Under the pieces are notes generated by a model. That model did no database searches. It was not told where the DNA came from and worked only from the letters and a program-made list of their open reading frames with translations. 64,000 bases of DNA from Planctomycetota bacterium (GTDB lineage Bacteria; Planctomycetota; GCA-002687715; CAIWVZ01). Shown here in pieces: positions 18,913 through 28,394 of this stretch. Location of the stretch: the NCBI GenBank assembly GCA_044222185.1, contig JBGANV010000001.1, forward strand, positions 1,504,001 through 1,568,000, read 5' to 3'. How positions within the stretch are numbered: the first letter of the stretch is position 1; each line of letters opens with the position of its first letter. Position numbers and translations under genes: made by a program.

Positions 18913-20562
18913 ATGACGCCCAAGCTTCCTCCGATCCTTCTCCTTCTCCTTCTCTCCAGCGGCGCGCTCGTCGCGCAAACGTTCGTGTCGGACCCGGCGG
19001 CCGATACGGGCTTCTATTTCCACGGCACGCTCAAGAACGGCTCGCCCACGTTCCCCGGATCCGACACGGCGGCGAAGCTGGTGCGGACGGGTGCGCCCAC
19101 CACGCCGTCACAGGTACAGCTGTCACCCGCGGCGCTGGGTCTGCCCGTGACCGTCGAGATCCTGGCCGTCACACACGGCGATGACGAATTCGGCGAGTGG
19201 AACATCCGACAGGGCGGCGTCAACGGTCGCCACCACCGGATCGAGTACACGGTGAACCCGAGCGCGACGGGAAGCGGATACAAGAAGTACAAAGTCTACG
19301 GATACGACTACGTGATGGGCTGCAACGACCCGGCGGCGCCGGGCGTAGCCTCGGTCTGCCCGCCACCACCGCAAGGCGGCCTCAGCATCACGGGCCCGTT
19401 CGTCGTCGACGCGGCGACCGCCCCTTCGACGTCGGACGACTACGAGGGCCTCGCACACGACCAATGGGCGTTGCTTCCGGTCTATTACACCGTGAGGCCC
19501 TCATCCGTGACTGCGATCCGGAACATGGGCGGCGCGCTCGCGGGGTTCAACTCCTGCGACATCCTCACGTCGTACGTGGATTCGAACGGCCAGCTCGCCG
19601 TCGCCATCGCACTGGTGGGAAGCGCTCTCGGTTTGAATGCGAACGACTCGATCGATTCGCTCGCGGCCATGTGGAACGGCGCTGGAATCATCGGTCTCGC
19701 ACCGGACTCCTATTCCGTCGTGAACGGGCTCCAGATCGGAGTCGCGCCTCACACGACGCTCGCGCTGGGGAATTACCTCTACAGCTTCGTGTCGAGCGGA
19801 TCGCTCCCGTATTGCACCTCTCCCCCGCCCGGTGCTTACCACTTCGACACGCTCAACATCTGGGCGACGGCCGCGGATCTCGGCCTCCCGCCCATCGGCG
19901 TGGGCTCGAACCCGGTCAACTCCGACTGCCGTGGCGACGTGCGTGTAGCCGATCCGTCCGAAGCCTTGCAGGTGACGGAGTCCCTGCCTCTCCGCCAGTC
20001 CGCGCCATGGGGCAACGACTATGTCTCGAAGCGGTCGCTCTGCATGAACAACCTCGACGGCTCCGTGTTTGGTGCTGTTCAGGTCGCGCTCCAGTCCGCG
20101 GCAACGCTCCGCGTCAACCTCGCGGGGTCCACGACGTACCGATCGATCAGCTGGGCACTTTTCCGGGCACCGGGAGCGCTCGATGCTGTCCCACCCTCGA
20201 TGTGGAACGCCACGGAGACGGTTCCGTTCGCGCCACCGCCGCACGCGAGCGCAACCCAGGTTGGCTGTCCGCTGCACCTCTCGGAGACGTACCTCGGCGC
20301 CCCGACCGGTACGAGCGCCATCATCGGCAACGTCACGCTCGACCCGATCAAGTTCCCGAGCGGTTACGCCCTGGGCCAGCTCTCATCGACGACGCAAGCT
20401 GCGGCGATTCCGTTCACTGCGCCCGCAGTCCGGTCGGATGAGATGTACGTGGTCGTCGCGTACGTGACGCCCCCGGGGAGCAACATCCCCGTGCCGAAGC
20501 GCACCATCGTGATGACCGTGAAGTACCGGAACCGGCCGGCAGGCGCCTGGCCGGCGCCGTGA
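18913..20562 (+). CDS. Hypothetical secreted protein, paralog B
   Basis: Signal peptide MTPKLPPILLLLLLSSGALVA-Q; collinear with 11230-12843 including the C-terminus TVKYRNRPAGAWPAP. Confidence 0.85.
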   Translation: MTPKLPPILLLLLLSSGALVAQTFVSDPAADTGFYFHGTLKNGSPTFPGSDTAAKLVRTGAPTTPSQVQLSPAALGLPVTVEILAVTHGDDEFGEWNIRQGGVNGRHHRIEYTVNPSATGSGYKKYKVYGYDYVMGCNDPAAPGVASVCPPPPQGGLSITGPFVVDAATAPSTSDDYEGLAHDQWALLPVYYTVRPSSVTAIRNMGGALAGFNSCDILTSYVDSNGQLAVAIALVGSALGLNANDSIDSLAAMWNGAGIIGLAPDSYSVVNGLQIGVAPHTTLALGNYLYSFVSSGSLPYCTSPPPGAYHFDTLNIWATAADLGLPPIGVGSNPVNSDCRGDVRVADPSEALQVTESLPLRQSAPWGNDYVSKRSLCMNNLDGSVFGAVQVALQSAATLRVNLAGSTTYRSISWALFRAPGALDAVPPSMWNATETVPFAPPPHASATQVGCPLHLSETYLGAPTGTSAIIGNVTLDPIKFPSGYALGQLSSTTQAAAIPFTAPAVRSDEMYVVVAYVTPPGSNIPVPKRTIVMTVKYRNRPAGAWPAP

Positions 20563-20592
20563 CTTCAGCGGTGACCCGCGACCCCGCCGACG

Positions 20593-22062
20593 TCACAACC
20601 CTATGGTTGCGGTCGTCGCCGGCGAGTTGGCCAGAAACGCACCGAACCCCGCGCCCGCCGTGAACGCGAGCGACACGACGTCGAAGGTGAGCGTCGGGCC
20701 GGTGCCAGTCGTCGGAAACGTGAGCGAGTAATTACCTCCGGCGTCCGCGAGCACGTGAAGCGGCGCCGTCCCGAGCGGGAGCGAGATCTGGCCCAGGATG
20801 TCGCCCGCTCCGGGCCCGACGGCGAGCCCGAAGAGTGGCCCGGTTCCCGTCGGCACCGCCGGAAGGAACGAGACGACGTTGAACAACTCGCTCCCTGGCG
20901 GCGCGTTCGTCACGGCGACGGTCACCGACTGACCCGGTCCGGCTTGAGTCACCGTGATCGCGTAGAGACACAGCGCGCGGATCTGCGCCGAGAACCCGGG
21001 ATGGAGGATCGAGGTCCCCGCATTCGCGCCTCCTGTCGAAGTGCACCCACCATGCGTGTGGACGCCCACGACGGATTGCGTCGCCTCGTGAATCACGAGC
21101 GCGCCGGAACTCCCCCCGGTGGTGTCGACGGCGTGAAGGATCGAGTTGGGCCCGGCGCCATTCAAGGATGTGACGGTCGCCAGGTGCGTCTGGTTCGTTT
21201 GATTCAGCGCGCCGGTCGCAGTGCCGAAGCCCGTCACGCGCACGGCGCTCGCCAGTTGAGGCCCGGTCGTCGACAACGGATAGAAGCCCTGCACCTGCGC
21301 CGCGGAGAGCCCCGTGGTCGTGTTGGCGAACAGTCGGCCAACGGCCCAGTCGTCGCCCACGCCTGCGTCGGCGAACGACAGGCTCGACATATCCATCGGG
21401 TACTGGTCCTGCGGCGACGGATGGACGACGGAGCCATTGGCGTTGGAGGGCGGACAGTTGAACTCGACCGTCACCTGGGCGCCACCGCTCACGCAGTGCC
21501 CCGCGGTGGCGAAGCACGAGGAGATGCTGACGAGGCCGCCTGAACAGATCGCCGTGCCGCCGCCACCGCCGACCAGAAGCCTTCCGACGCGCGGCTCGGT
21601 GGACGGTACGCGGTCGTCAGTCGGACCGCAGATGGAATCGATCGCCGCTGGTGCGGGAAACCCCGCGTCATAGCCAGAGAGGTTGACTGAAGCCGTTGCA
21701 AACGGAGCGACGAGCAGTTCCACGCTCACCGTATCGCCGTTGAAGAACGCGGAGGCGTGGGCCCAGCGATCGAGGGTCTGGGAATCGAGGACCTGGCTCA
21801 CGTCGTCGCGAAGGCCATGGATGCGGATCGCGCATCCGGCCGGAAGCGTGGGCTCGTCGAACCACACGCGCATCCACGCGGCACCAGGATGCGAGACGAA
21901 GATCGGCGGCGCGGACACCACCGCCGCACTCCCGTTCGTGACGTTCCCCGTGCCCGCGGTAGCCGGCACGAAGATGCCGGCGGGAACGGGGTCCGATTGG
22001 GATCGGCCGGTCCCGACGGCGGCGGCACACAGGAGTACGACGAGGCATGGACGGTTGATCAT
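20593..22062 (-). CDS. Secreted trypsin-like (S1) serine protease with pro-domain and C-terminal beta-rich domain
   Basis: Signal peptide; triad motifs TAGHC, DWAVG, DTTGGSSG; VGVHTHGGC. Confidence 0.85.
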   Translation of the reverse strand: MINRPCLVVLLCAAAVGTGRSQSDPVPAGIFVPATAGTGNVTNGSAAVVSAPPIFVSHPGAAWMRVWFDEPTLPAGCAIRIHGLRDDVSQVLDSQTLDRWAHASAFFNGDTVSVELLVAPFATASVNLSGYDAGFPAPAAIDSICGPTDDRVPSTEPRVGRLLVGGGGGTAICSGGLVSISSCFATAGHCVSGGAQVTVEFNCPPSNANGSVVHPSPQDQYPMDMSSLSFADAGVGDDWAVGRLFANTTTGLSAAQVQGFYPLSTTGPQLASAVRVTGFGTATGALNQTNQTHLATVTSLNGAGPNSILHAVDTTGGSSGALVIHEATQSVVGVHTHGGCTSTGGANAGTSILHPGFSAQIRALCLYAITVTQAGPGQSVTVAVTNAPPGSELFNVVSFLPAVPTGTGPLFGLAVGPGAGDILGQISLPLGTAPLHVLADAGGNYSLTFPTTGTGPTLTFDVVSLAFTAGAGFGAFLANSPATTATIGL

Positions 22063-22229
22063 CGTGAGGACTCGAGGGCGTCGCGGGCTGAATGCGGCCC
22101 GCGTCCAAGGATACCCCAGCCGGTGCGCAGCCCGGTGTCACCACCCTTTCCAGCTTCCGAGCGCCGCTTCAGTCCTACCCTGCGAACGTCCCCGTTGCCG
22201 AGCGGACGTTGCGGTGTAGGGTCTCGGCC

Positions 22230-23918
22230 ATGGAGGTCCAGAACGCGCCGAGGCCTGTCGCAGGAAGGGTGGTGGCGGCATTGGCCGTCGCCGTCTTGCG
22301 GATCGCAGCAGGACAGGCGGCATCGCGCCCCGCGGACGTCTCCTGCGAGATTCTCATCGTCGGCGGGAGCCTGGGCGGTGTCGCCGCGGCGATCGGCGCA
22401 ACCGGTCATGACGTGCATGTCGTCGAGGATTCGGATTGGATCGGTGGCCAGGTCACGTCTCAGGGCGTCTCCGCGCTCGACGAGCACCGCACCATCGAGA
22501 CCTTCGGTGGCACGAGGTCCTACTCGGATTTCCGTCGCGCGGTGCGCAGCGAGTCCGGCGGAGCCATGAATCCGGGCGGCGGCTGGGTCAGCCGGCTCTG
22601 CTTCGAACCGCGCGTCGGCTTGAAGGTCCTTCACGGCATGGTCGCGAAGTCGGGCGCGAAGGTCATGCTCGAGTCCCGGGTCACGGCGGCCGAGGTCGTC
22701 GCAGACCGCGTCACGTCCGTCACCGTCGCCCGGAAGGATGGATCGACGGTTCGCTTCGTGCCGCGCTTCGTCCTCGACGCGACCGACCTGGGAGACCTCC
22801 TGCCCGTCGCCGGAGTCGAACACCACGTCGGAACGGACGCGCGGAGCGATACCAACGAGCTGCACGCCGCGAAGGTCCGCGACGAACGGCGTCTGCAAAG
22901 CTGCACGTACACGTTTGCCGTCGAGTTCCGCAAGGGCGAGAGCCACGTCATCGAGAAGCCGGCGGGCTACGAACGCTTCCGCGACACGCAGCCGTTCACG
23001 CTCGCCATCGGTGGGATCGGGGAAAGCCGCCCGGCCTACCGGTTCTTCGAACATGCCAAGGGGACGAATGGCCCGTTCTGGACCTATCGACGGATCGCAC
23101 CCAACGTCGCCATGATCAACTGGCCCGGGAACGACTACCGCGGCAGCTCGTCGCTGGCGCTCGACCACGACGAGGCGAAGCGTCTCAGCCTGTCGTTCCT
23201 CTATTGGCTCCAGACCGAGTGCCCGCGAGATGATGGCGGCCGCGGCTACCCCGAGCTTCTCCTGCGTCGCGACGTCATGGGTACCGACGACGGCCTGTCC
23301 AAGCGCCCCTACATCCGTGAGGGCCGGCGTCTCGCCGCGTTGCGCACGATCGTCGAGTCGGATCTGGTGACGCCAACCGCGCGCGGCGTCCAGTTCGAGG
23401 ACTCCGTCGGTATCGGTTCATACATGATCGACCTCCATTCCTGCTCGGGCGACCCACCAGGCGAATTCGGCGCTGGAATCCCGACCAAGCCCTTCGGGAT
23501 CCCGCTCGGCGCACTCGTCCCGCGTCGCGTGAAGAACGTCCTCGCCGCCGGGAAATGCCTCGGGGTCACGCACGTGACCAACGGCGCGTACCGGCTTCAT
23601 CCCGTCGAGTGGAACGTCGGAGAGTCAGCGGGACACACGGCGGCCTTCTGCCTCGAGCACGGGATCGATCCTGGGCAGCTCGCCGCGAACCCGGCGCGCG
23701 TGCGGGAACTCCAGAAGCGATTGGTGCGCGCGGGCATCCCGATCTTCTGGGCGACGGACGTTCCCATCGGCGACCCGGCCTTCGAGGTCGTGCAGCTTGC
23801 GTGCGCATGGCGAGCCATCCCCGTCGATCCGGGCTCGTTGGCGTTCGGAGCGACGGCGGAGCGCGTCGAGGCAGCGCGCCGTGCGTGTGTCGAGGCTGAA
23901 GGTGCGTCGAATCGCTGA
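22230..23918 (+). CDS. FAD-dependent oxidoreductase (FAD_oxidored family), probably exported
   Basis: IVGGSLGGVAAA, WIGGQVTSQG, LDATDLGDL, PYIREGRR, THVTNGAYRLHPVEWNVGE; start uncertain. Confidence 0.85.
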   Translation: MEVQNAPRPVAGRVVAALAVAVLRIAAGQAASRPADVSCEILIVGGSLGGVAAAIGATGHDVHVVEDSDWIGGQVTSQGVSALDEHRTIETFGGTRSYSDFRRAVRSESGGAMNPGGGWVSRLCFEPRVGLKVLHGMVAKSGAKVMLESRVTAAEVVADRVTSVTVARKDGSTVRFVPRFVLDATDLGDLLPVAGVEHHVGTDARSDTNELHAAKVRDERRLQSCTYTFAVEFRKGESHVIEKPAGYERFRDTQPFTLAIGGIGESRPAYRFFEHAKGTNGPFWTYRRIAPNVAMINWPGNDYRGSSSLALDHDEAKRLSLSFLYWLQTECPRDDGGRGYPELLLRRDVMGTDDGLSKRPYIREGRRLAALRTIVESDLVTPTARGVQFEDSVGIGSYMIDLHSCSGDPPGEFGAGIPTKPFGIPLGALVPRRVKNVLAAGKCLGVTHVTNGAYRLHPVEWNVGESAGHTAAFCLEHGIDPGQLAANPARVRELQKRLVRAGIPIFWATDVPIGDPAFEVVQLACAWRAIPVDPGSLAFGATAERVEAARRACVEAEGASNR

Positions 23919-23938
23919 CGCGCGGTCCGCTGGCGGCG

Positions 23939-24763
23939 TCACACCGTGAACCAGGGCTTCGAGCCGCGCGTCCGGTCCATCTCGGCGAGGACCTCCAGCG
24001 CGCCCATCCCCACGGCGATCACGTGCCGCTCCGCGAGGTGCTTGGACGTTTCGTCCACGAAGGCGTTTCGGGGCCGATTCGCGTAGGCGCCGCAGACGGC
24101 GCCCGCGCGCAGGCCGCGGAGCGACGCGAGGACGAAGAGCGTGCTCGCCTCCATCTCGAAGTTCTTCACGCCGATGGAGCGCAGCCGATCGGGCAGGTCG
24201 GGGTACCGCGGCTCGATCACCTGGGGCGTTCGTCCCTGCCATCCGTAGAACCCGGCCGCGGTTGCCGTCATTCCCACGTGGAACGGAACGCCAGCACGCG
24301 CTGCCGCCGTCGTGAGTGCGAGCACCATTTCGTGCGACGCGATCGCGGGGTACGACTCCTCGACGAATCCCGCGGACGTCGATTCGAGCCGCATCGCCCC
24401 CGTGGAAATCACCACGTCCCCCAGCTCGATTTCCGGTTGGAGCGCGCCGCAGGATCCCACGCGCACGAAGTCCGGCCGATCGACGATCGCCAGGAGCTCC
24501 ATCACGGCGATCTCGGTGTTGTCGCACCCCATGCCCGTCGCCATCACCGTGACGTCCAGGGATTTCCAGCGACCGGTGTAGGTGATGTATTCCCGTGACC
24601 GCTTGGGGAATCCCGCGTTGATCGAGTCGAAACGGCCAGCGATGACCTCCGCACGCGCCAGGTCCCCGCACAGGATGATGGAACGAGCCACATCCCCACG
24701 CGCCAGACCGATGTGGTACTGGCGCCCCAACGAATCCTCGGGGCGATTGGCAGCTCGTGTCAC
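23939..24763 (-). CDS. udp: Uridine/nucleoside phosphorylase (hexameric family)
   Basis: QYHIGL, CGDLAR, REYITYTG, TGMG, RVGSCGALQ, FYGWQGR, NFEMEAS. Confidence 0.88.
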   Translation of the reverse strand: MTRAANRPEDSLGRQYHIGLARGDVARSIILCGDLARAEVIAGRFDSINAGFPKRSREYITYTGRWKSLDVTVMATGMGCDNTEIAVMELLAIVDRPDFVRVGSCGALQPEIELGDVVISTGAMRLESTSAGFVEESYPAIASHEMVLALTTAAARAGVPFHVGMTATAAGFYGWQGRTPQVIEPRYPDLPDRLRSIGVKNFEMEASTLFVLASLRGLRAGAVCGAYANRPRNAFVDETSKHLAERHVIAVGMGALEVLAEMDRTRGSKPWFTV

Positions 24764-24767
24764 GAGG

Positions 24768-25628
24768 TCACCCTCCGCGAACGATCTTCACTCCCGCGCT
24801 CGCGCCGATGCGCGTGGCGCCGGCAGCGACCATCTTGTCGAGCGTGGCTCGATCCTTGACCCCGCCCGACGCCTTCACGCCGACCGAAGGCCCGACCTCG
24901 GCGCGCATGAGGGCCACGTCGCCGACGGTGGCGCCGCCCGTCGAGAACCCGGTGGAGGTCTTCACGTAGTGCGCGCCGGCCCGCACCGCGAGGCGACATG
25001 CAACCCGCTTCTCGTCGTCCGTGAGCAGGCAGGTCTCCAGGATCACTTTGCAGACGACGCCGGGGTTCAACGCGCCGACGACCGCCGCGATGTCCTTCTC
25101 GACGTCGTCGTGACGCCCCGACTTCAGGAGGCCGACGGAGATCACCATGTCGATCTCCTCCGCGCCCAGGTCCTGAGCGATGCGTGTCTCGGCGCGCTTG
25201 ACCTCCGAGAGCGTTGCGCCGAGCGGGAAACCCACGACGGTGCAGACCTTCACTCGGCTCCCCGCGAGCTGTTTCGCGCACCGCGGAACCCAGACCGGGT
25301 TGACGCACACGGACGCGAACTCGTGCTCCCGCGCTTCGGCGCAGAGCTGATCGATCTCCTTTTCCGTCGCGTCCGGCTTCAGGATCGTGTGGTCGATGAG
25401 ACCGGCGACACCTTCCGCGGTCTTTTTCGTTCCCGGAGTGGCGGAGATCCGGCAGGCTCCGGCCTCCAGGAAGTCGCCCATCTTGAACGCACAGCGCTGA
25501 GCGCAGTTCCCCGTGCAGTCGCTGCAGGCCTGATCGCGGACGTTCCGCACCGGCTTGTTCAGTCGTTCGTAGATCTCGTCGGTGATCGACTCGATGAGGC
25601 GGTCCAGCTCCTGCGGTGCGATGCTCAC
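24768..25628 (-). CDS. deoC: Deoxyribose-phosphate aldolase with N-terminal extension
   Basis: [40 protein letters not shown]; ~70-aa extra N-terminus. Confidence 0.95.
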   Translation of the reverse strand: MSIAPQELDRLIESITDEIYERLNKPVRNVRDQACSDCTGNCAQRCAFKMGDFLEAGACRISATPGTKKTAEGVAGLIDHTILKPDATEKEIDQLCAEAREHEFASVCVNPVWVPRCAKQLAGSRVKVCTVVGFPLGATLSEVKRAETRIAQDLGAEEIDMVISVGLLKSGRHDDVEKDIAAVVGALNPGVVCKVILETCLLTDDEKRVACRLAVRAGAHYVKTSTGFSTGGATVGDVALMRAEVGPSVGVKASGGVKDRATLDKMVAAGATRIGASAGVKIVRGG

Positions 25629-25906
25629 GTCGCGTCCTCCGAGAGTTCCACGTTGTCGACCACTGCGATGATGACGGCCTGAACCGGCGTCTCCTCGTTG
25701 CCGTAGAGCAGGCGGGCGCCGCCGCCTTCCTTGTTGACGAGGACCAGATCGCCGATGCCGGCGTCGACGCGGTCGAGTGCGACGAGCGGCCGCCCCAGGA
25801 GCGAGCCATCGAGGCCGATGGCCTGGGTCAGGAGGAGGCGCTCGCCCTCGAGGGGCGCATCCTTCACGGTCGCGTGTATCGAACCGATGACGCGGGAGAG
25901 GATCAT
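25625..25906 (-). CDS. BMC vertex (pentamer) protein, EutN/CcmL family
   Basis: [16 protein letters not shown]...[15 protein letters not shown]...IIAVVD. Confidence 0.92.
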   Translation of the reverse strand: MILSRVIGSIHATVKDAPLEGERLLLTQAIGLDGSLLGRPLVALDRVDAGIGDLVLVNKEGGGARLLYGNEETPVQAVIIAVVDNVELSEDAT

Positions 25907-26196
25907 CGGCCGTTCCCTGCCGCGTCGATCCGATCGACGATTCCCACGATCGCGGCGTCCAGCCCGGCCATGACCATGCCTGAATGGCGTCGCTTCCAGG
26001 GAATCACCGCCTCGTACGCGGTCGTGTAGAACACGATCTCGCCCTCGCCCGCGCCGACGGTGTCGACGGCCGACAGCGGCATGCCCACGGCATTTCGCGC
26101 CGCGTCGATGGGCTGAACGAGGAGCATGCGGCCGCCGTCGAGGTTCGGGTCCTTCCGCGTGGCCCAGATCGTGCCGATGACGCGGCCAAGCTCCAT
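25903..26196 (-). CDS. BMC vertex (pentamer) protein, EutN/CcmL family
   Basis: [16 protein letters not shown]...[13 protein letters not shown]...DAAIVGIVD; ATG overlaps rpiB stop. Confidence 0.92.
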   Translation of the reverse strand: MELGRVIGTIWATRKDPNLDGGRMLLVQPIDAARNAVGMPLSAVDTVGAGEGEIVFYTTAYEAVIPWKRRHSGMVMAGLDAAIVGIVDRIDAAGNGR

Positions 26197-27047
26197 CACG
26201 TCACCTCGATCTTCTGAACGCGACGGAGGTGGCGCCCTCCGCCGAATGCGGTGCCGAGGAAGACCCGCACGATCGCGCGCGCCGCATCCTCGCCCAGGTG
26301 TCGACCGCCGAGGCAGAGAACGTTGGCGTCGTTGTGCTCGCGAGTCGAGACCGCCTCGAGGATCGTCGAACAGGGGGCCGCGCGAACGCCGGCGTGGCGG
26401 TTCGCCGCCATGGCCGAGCCCAGACCGGCTGCGTCGACGATCACGGCACGGTCGACTTCGCCGCGCTCGATCATGCCTGCGGCGCGATGGGCGAAATCCG
26501 GGTAGTCCACCGCCTCCGTCGAGTTGGTTCCCAGATCGACGACGGAGTAGCCCAGCTCGCTCTGAAGCCACTTCTGCAGGGATTGCTTCAAGGGGAAGCC
26601 CCCGTGATCCGACGCGATCGCGAGGCGCAGCGGCTGCGAAACGCCCTGGGGCGCAGCGACCCGAGCCGCCGCGGGACTCGCCGGAGATTTCACCGACGGC
26701 GCCGGAGAGGCCCCGGGCCCCGCGGTCGTCGCAGGAGCCGGCGGACGCGTCGGTGTCGGCGCTTCTGCCGTCACCTCGACTCCGAAGCGCTGACACGCCT
26801 CCCGCGCGAGCGGCGTCATGATGGCGCCCGGTGGAACGACGAGCGGCCTGGCAGCGGCACGCGCGCGAAGGACGTCGTCTTCCGAGATCAGCGCGCGATT
26901 GCGGTAGTCGACTGCATCGTCGAACCGCTTCCAGGCTGGTGTCGCGACCGCCGGAACGGGGGCCTTCTCCGAGGGAACCGAAGCGCCCAGCGCCAGGCGC
27001 TTCAGGAGGACCTCCCTCACGTGGCTGCGGATCGCGTCACGTTCCAT
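26196..27047 (-). CDS. rpiB: RpiB/LacAB-family sugar-phosphate isomerase with N-terminal extension
   Basis: [43 protein letters not shown]; ~140-aa N-terminal addition. Confidence 0.88.
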   Translation of the reverse strand: MERDAIRSHVREVLLKRLALGASVPSEKAPVPAVATPAWKRFDDAVDYRNRALISEDDVLRARAAARPLVVPPGAIMTPLAREACQRFGVEVTAEAPTPTRPPAPATTAGPGASPAPSVKSPASPAAARVAAPQGVSQPLRLAIASDHGGFPLKQSLQKWLQSELGYSVVDLGTNSTEAVDYPDFAHRAAGMIERGEVDRAVIVDAAGLGSAMAANRHAGVRAAPCSTILEAVSTREHNDANVLCLGGRHLGEDAARAIVRVFLGTAFGGGRHLRRVQKIEVT

Positions 27048-27366
27048 GGCGTGACACGACGTCCGAGACCGTCATGGCATCGAACGACTCCCAGTCGCGC
27101 TTGACCGCCTCCAGGTCGTCGACGATGGCGACGATGACGGCGTCCACGGGCTTGTTCGCCGTGAGCTCGGTCTGACGCGCGCTGCTGCCCTGCGTCACGA
27201 GCACCATCTCGCCGACACCGGCGCCCACCGCATCGACGGCGACGACGATCGCATCGGCAGGCGTCCGATCGAGTTTGATCGACCGGACGACGAGCCACTT
27301 CATGCCCGTGACCTTCGGGTCCTTGCGTGTCGCCCACACCGTGCCAACCACACGTCCGAGAAGCAT
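27037..27366 (-). CDS. BMC vertex (pentamer) protein, EutN/CcmL family
   Basis: [16 protein letters not shown]...[23 protein letters not shown]...[11 protein letters not shown]. Confidence 0.94.
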   Translation of the reverse strand: MLLGRVVGTVWATRKDPKVTGMKWLVVRSIKLDRTPADAIVVAVDAVGAGVGEMVLVTQGSSARQTELTANKPVDAVIVAIVDDLEAVKRDWESFDAMTVSDVVSRHGT

Positions 27367-27440
27367 CGAGTGCCTTTTTCCGGCGCCGGGGGGATCGTGG
27401 ACGACCTCCGGTATGAGGTGCCGGAATCGCGATCCGCCGC

Positions 27441-28394
27441 TTGCGCGTCAATGAGGGTCAGGGTACAGCAACCGCCTTGTTCATCAAGCCTTCGGACGAT
27501 TCACGGTCGACCTCCTGGACCGCGCGAGACTTCCATCGCGCGGCGTTCGTGTGCCTGTTCGGTGGCGTCCTCCTCGGCTGCATCCTCGTGCGGGGCGGCC
27601 GAGCGGCGACGGCCGCACTCCTCCACTGGGACGTGGCGCCGCTTCGCTGGCTCGAGTCCGCAGGAGGGAGGACGGAAGGAATCCTGGCTTCGGCCATCTC
27701 GCTCGCTGCGACGCTCACGGCCGCCAGCGGAGCGTGGCTCCTCGCGAGGTCGACGCTGATCCGGCGCGTCGCGGCCGTCGTGTGCCTCGCCACGTCCGTG
27801 GGTTTCGCCATCGCGTACCACCGGGCGCTGCTCGGTGATCGCGAACTCGCCCTGGTCGCGTACGCAGCCGCGTTGCCGCTCGTCCTGCGCCGACCGTCGC
27901 GCGACTGGCCCGTCGTCCTCGTCCCCCTCGCGCCGGCCCTCAACGCCGTCTGGTCCTGGCAGGTCGCGCGTGCCGGAGCCGCGGTGCCAGCGCTCGAGAC
28001 CGCGTCCGAGGTGGCCTGGCTACTCGCGACGATCCTCGTCGCCGCGTCACGCTGGCGCGCAACCCGCTTCGGCCCGTGGCGCCTGGGGACGGCTGCGACC
28101 TTGGCCGTCGGGCTCCTCGTCGCCGGGCTCATCGACGGAAGGAGCGTCCGACACGTCAGCATCAGCGTGTTCGAGGTCGGGTACGGGAACCTTCCCGACA
28201 CGGTGCTCGCAGCGGGGATCGGGCTCGTGCTCGCGGGCATGGTCCTGCTGTCCGCTTGCGGGCGACTCGGGGCCGGAGTGATCGCCGCGACGCTCTGCAC
28301 CCCACAGCCGCTGGCACCCGGCGTCGCCGCGCTCTCGGCCGCGTTCATCGCGATCGCGGCCACGAACGACGAGCGGAACGGCGACGCAGTCTAG
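27441..28394 (+). CDS. Hypothetical multi-pass membrane protein
   Basis: Many Ala/Leu/Val-rich hydrophobic segments; start uncertain. Confidence 0.55.
   Translation: MRVNEGQGTATALFIKPSDDSRSTSWTARDFHRAAFVCLFGGVLLGCILVRGGRAATAALLHWDVAPLRWLESAGGRTEGILASAISLAATLTAASGAWLLARSTLIRRVAAVVCLATSVGFAIAYHRALLGDRELALVAYAAALPLVLRRPSRDWPVVLVPLAPALNAVWSWQVARAGAAVPALETASEVAWLLATILVAASRWRATRFGPWRLGTAATLAVGLLVAGLIDGRSVRHVSISVFEVGYGNLPDTVLAAGIGLVLAGMVLLSACGRLGAGVIAATLCTPQPLAPGVAALSAAFIAIAATNDERNGDAV

Noticed and set aside
10320-23918. Accessory block as a mobile element
   Set aside because: No integrase, transposase, tRNA site or terminal repeats recognised
25903-26796. 297-aa ORF as a BMC fusion protein
   Set aside because: The upstream part overlaps rpiB in another frame; the real gene starts at ATG 26196
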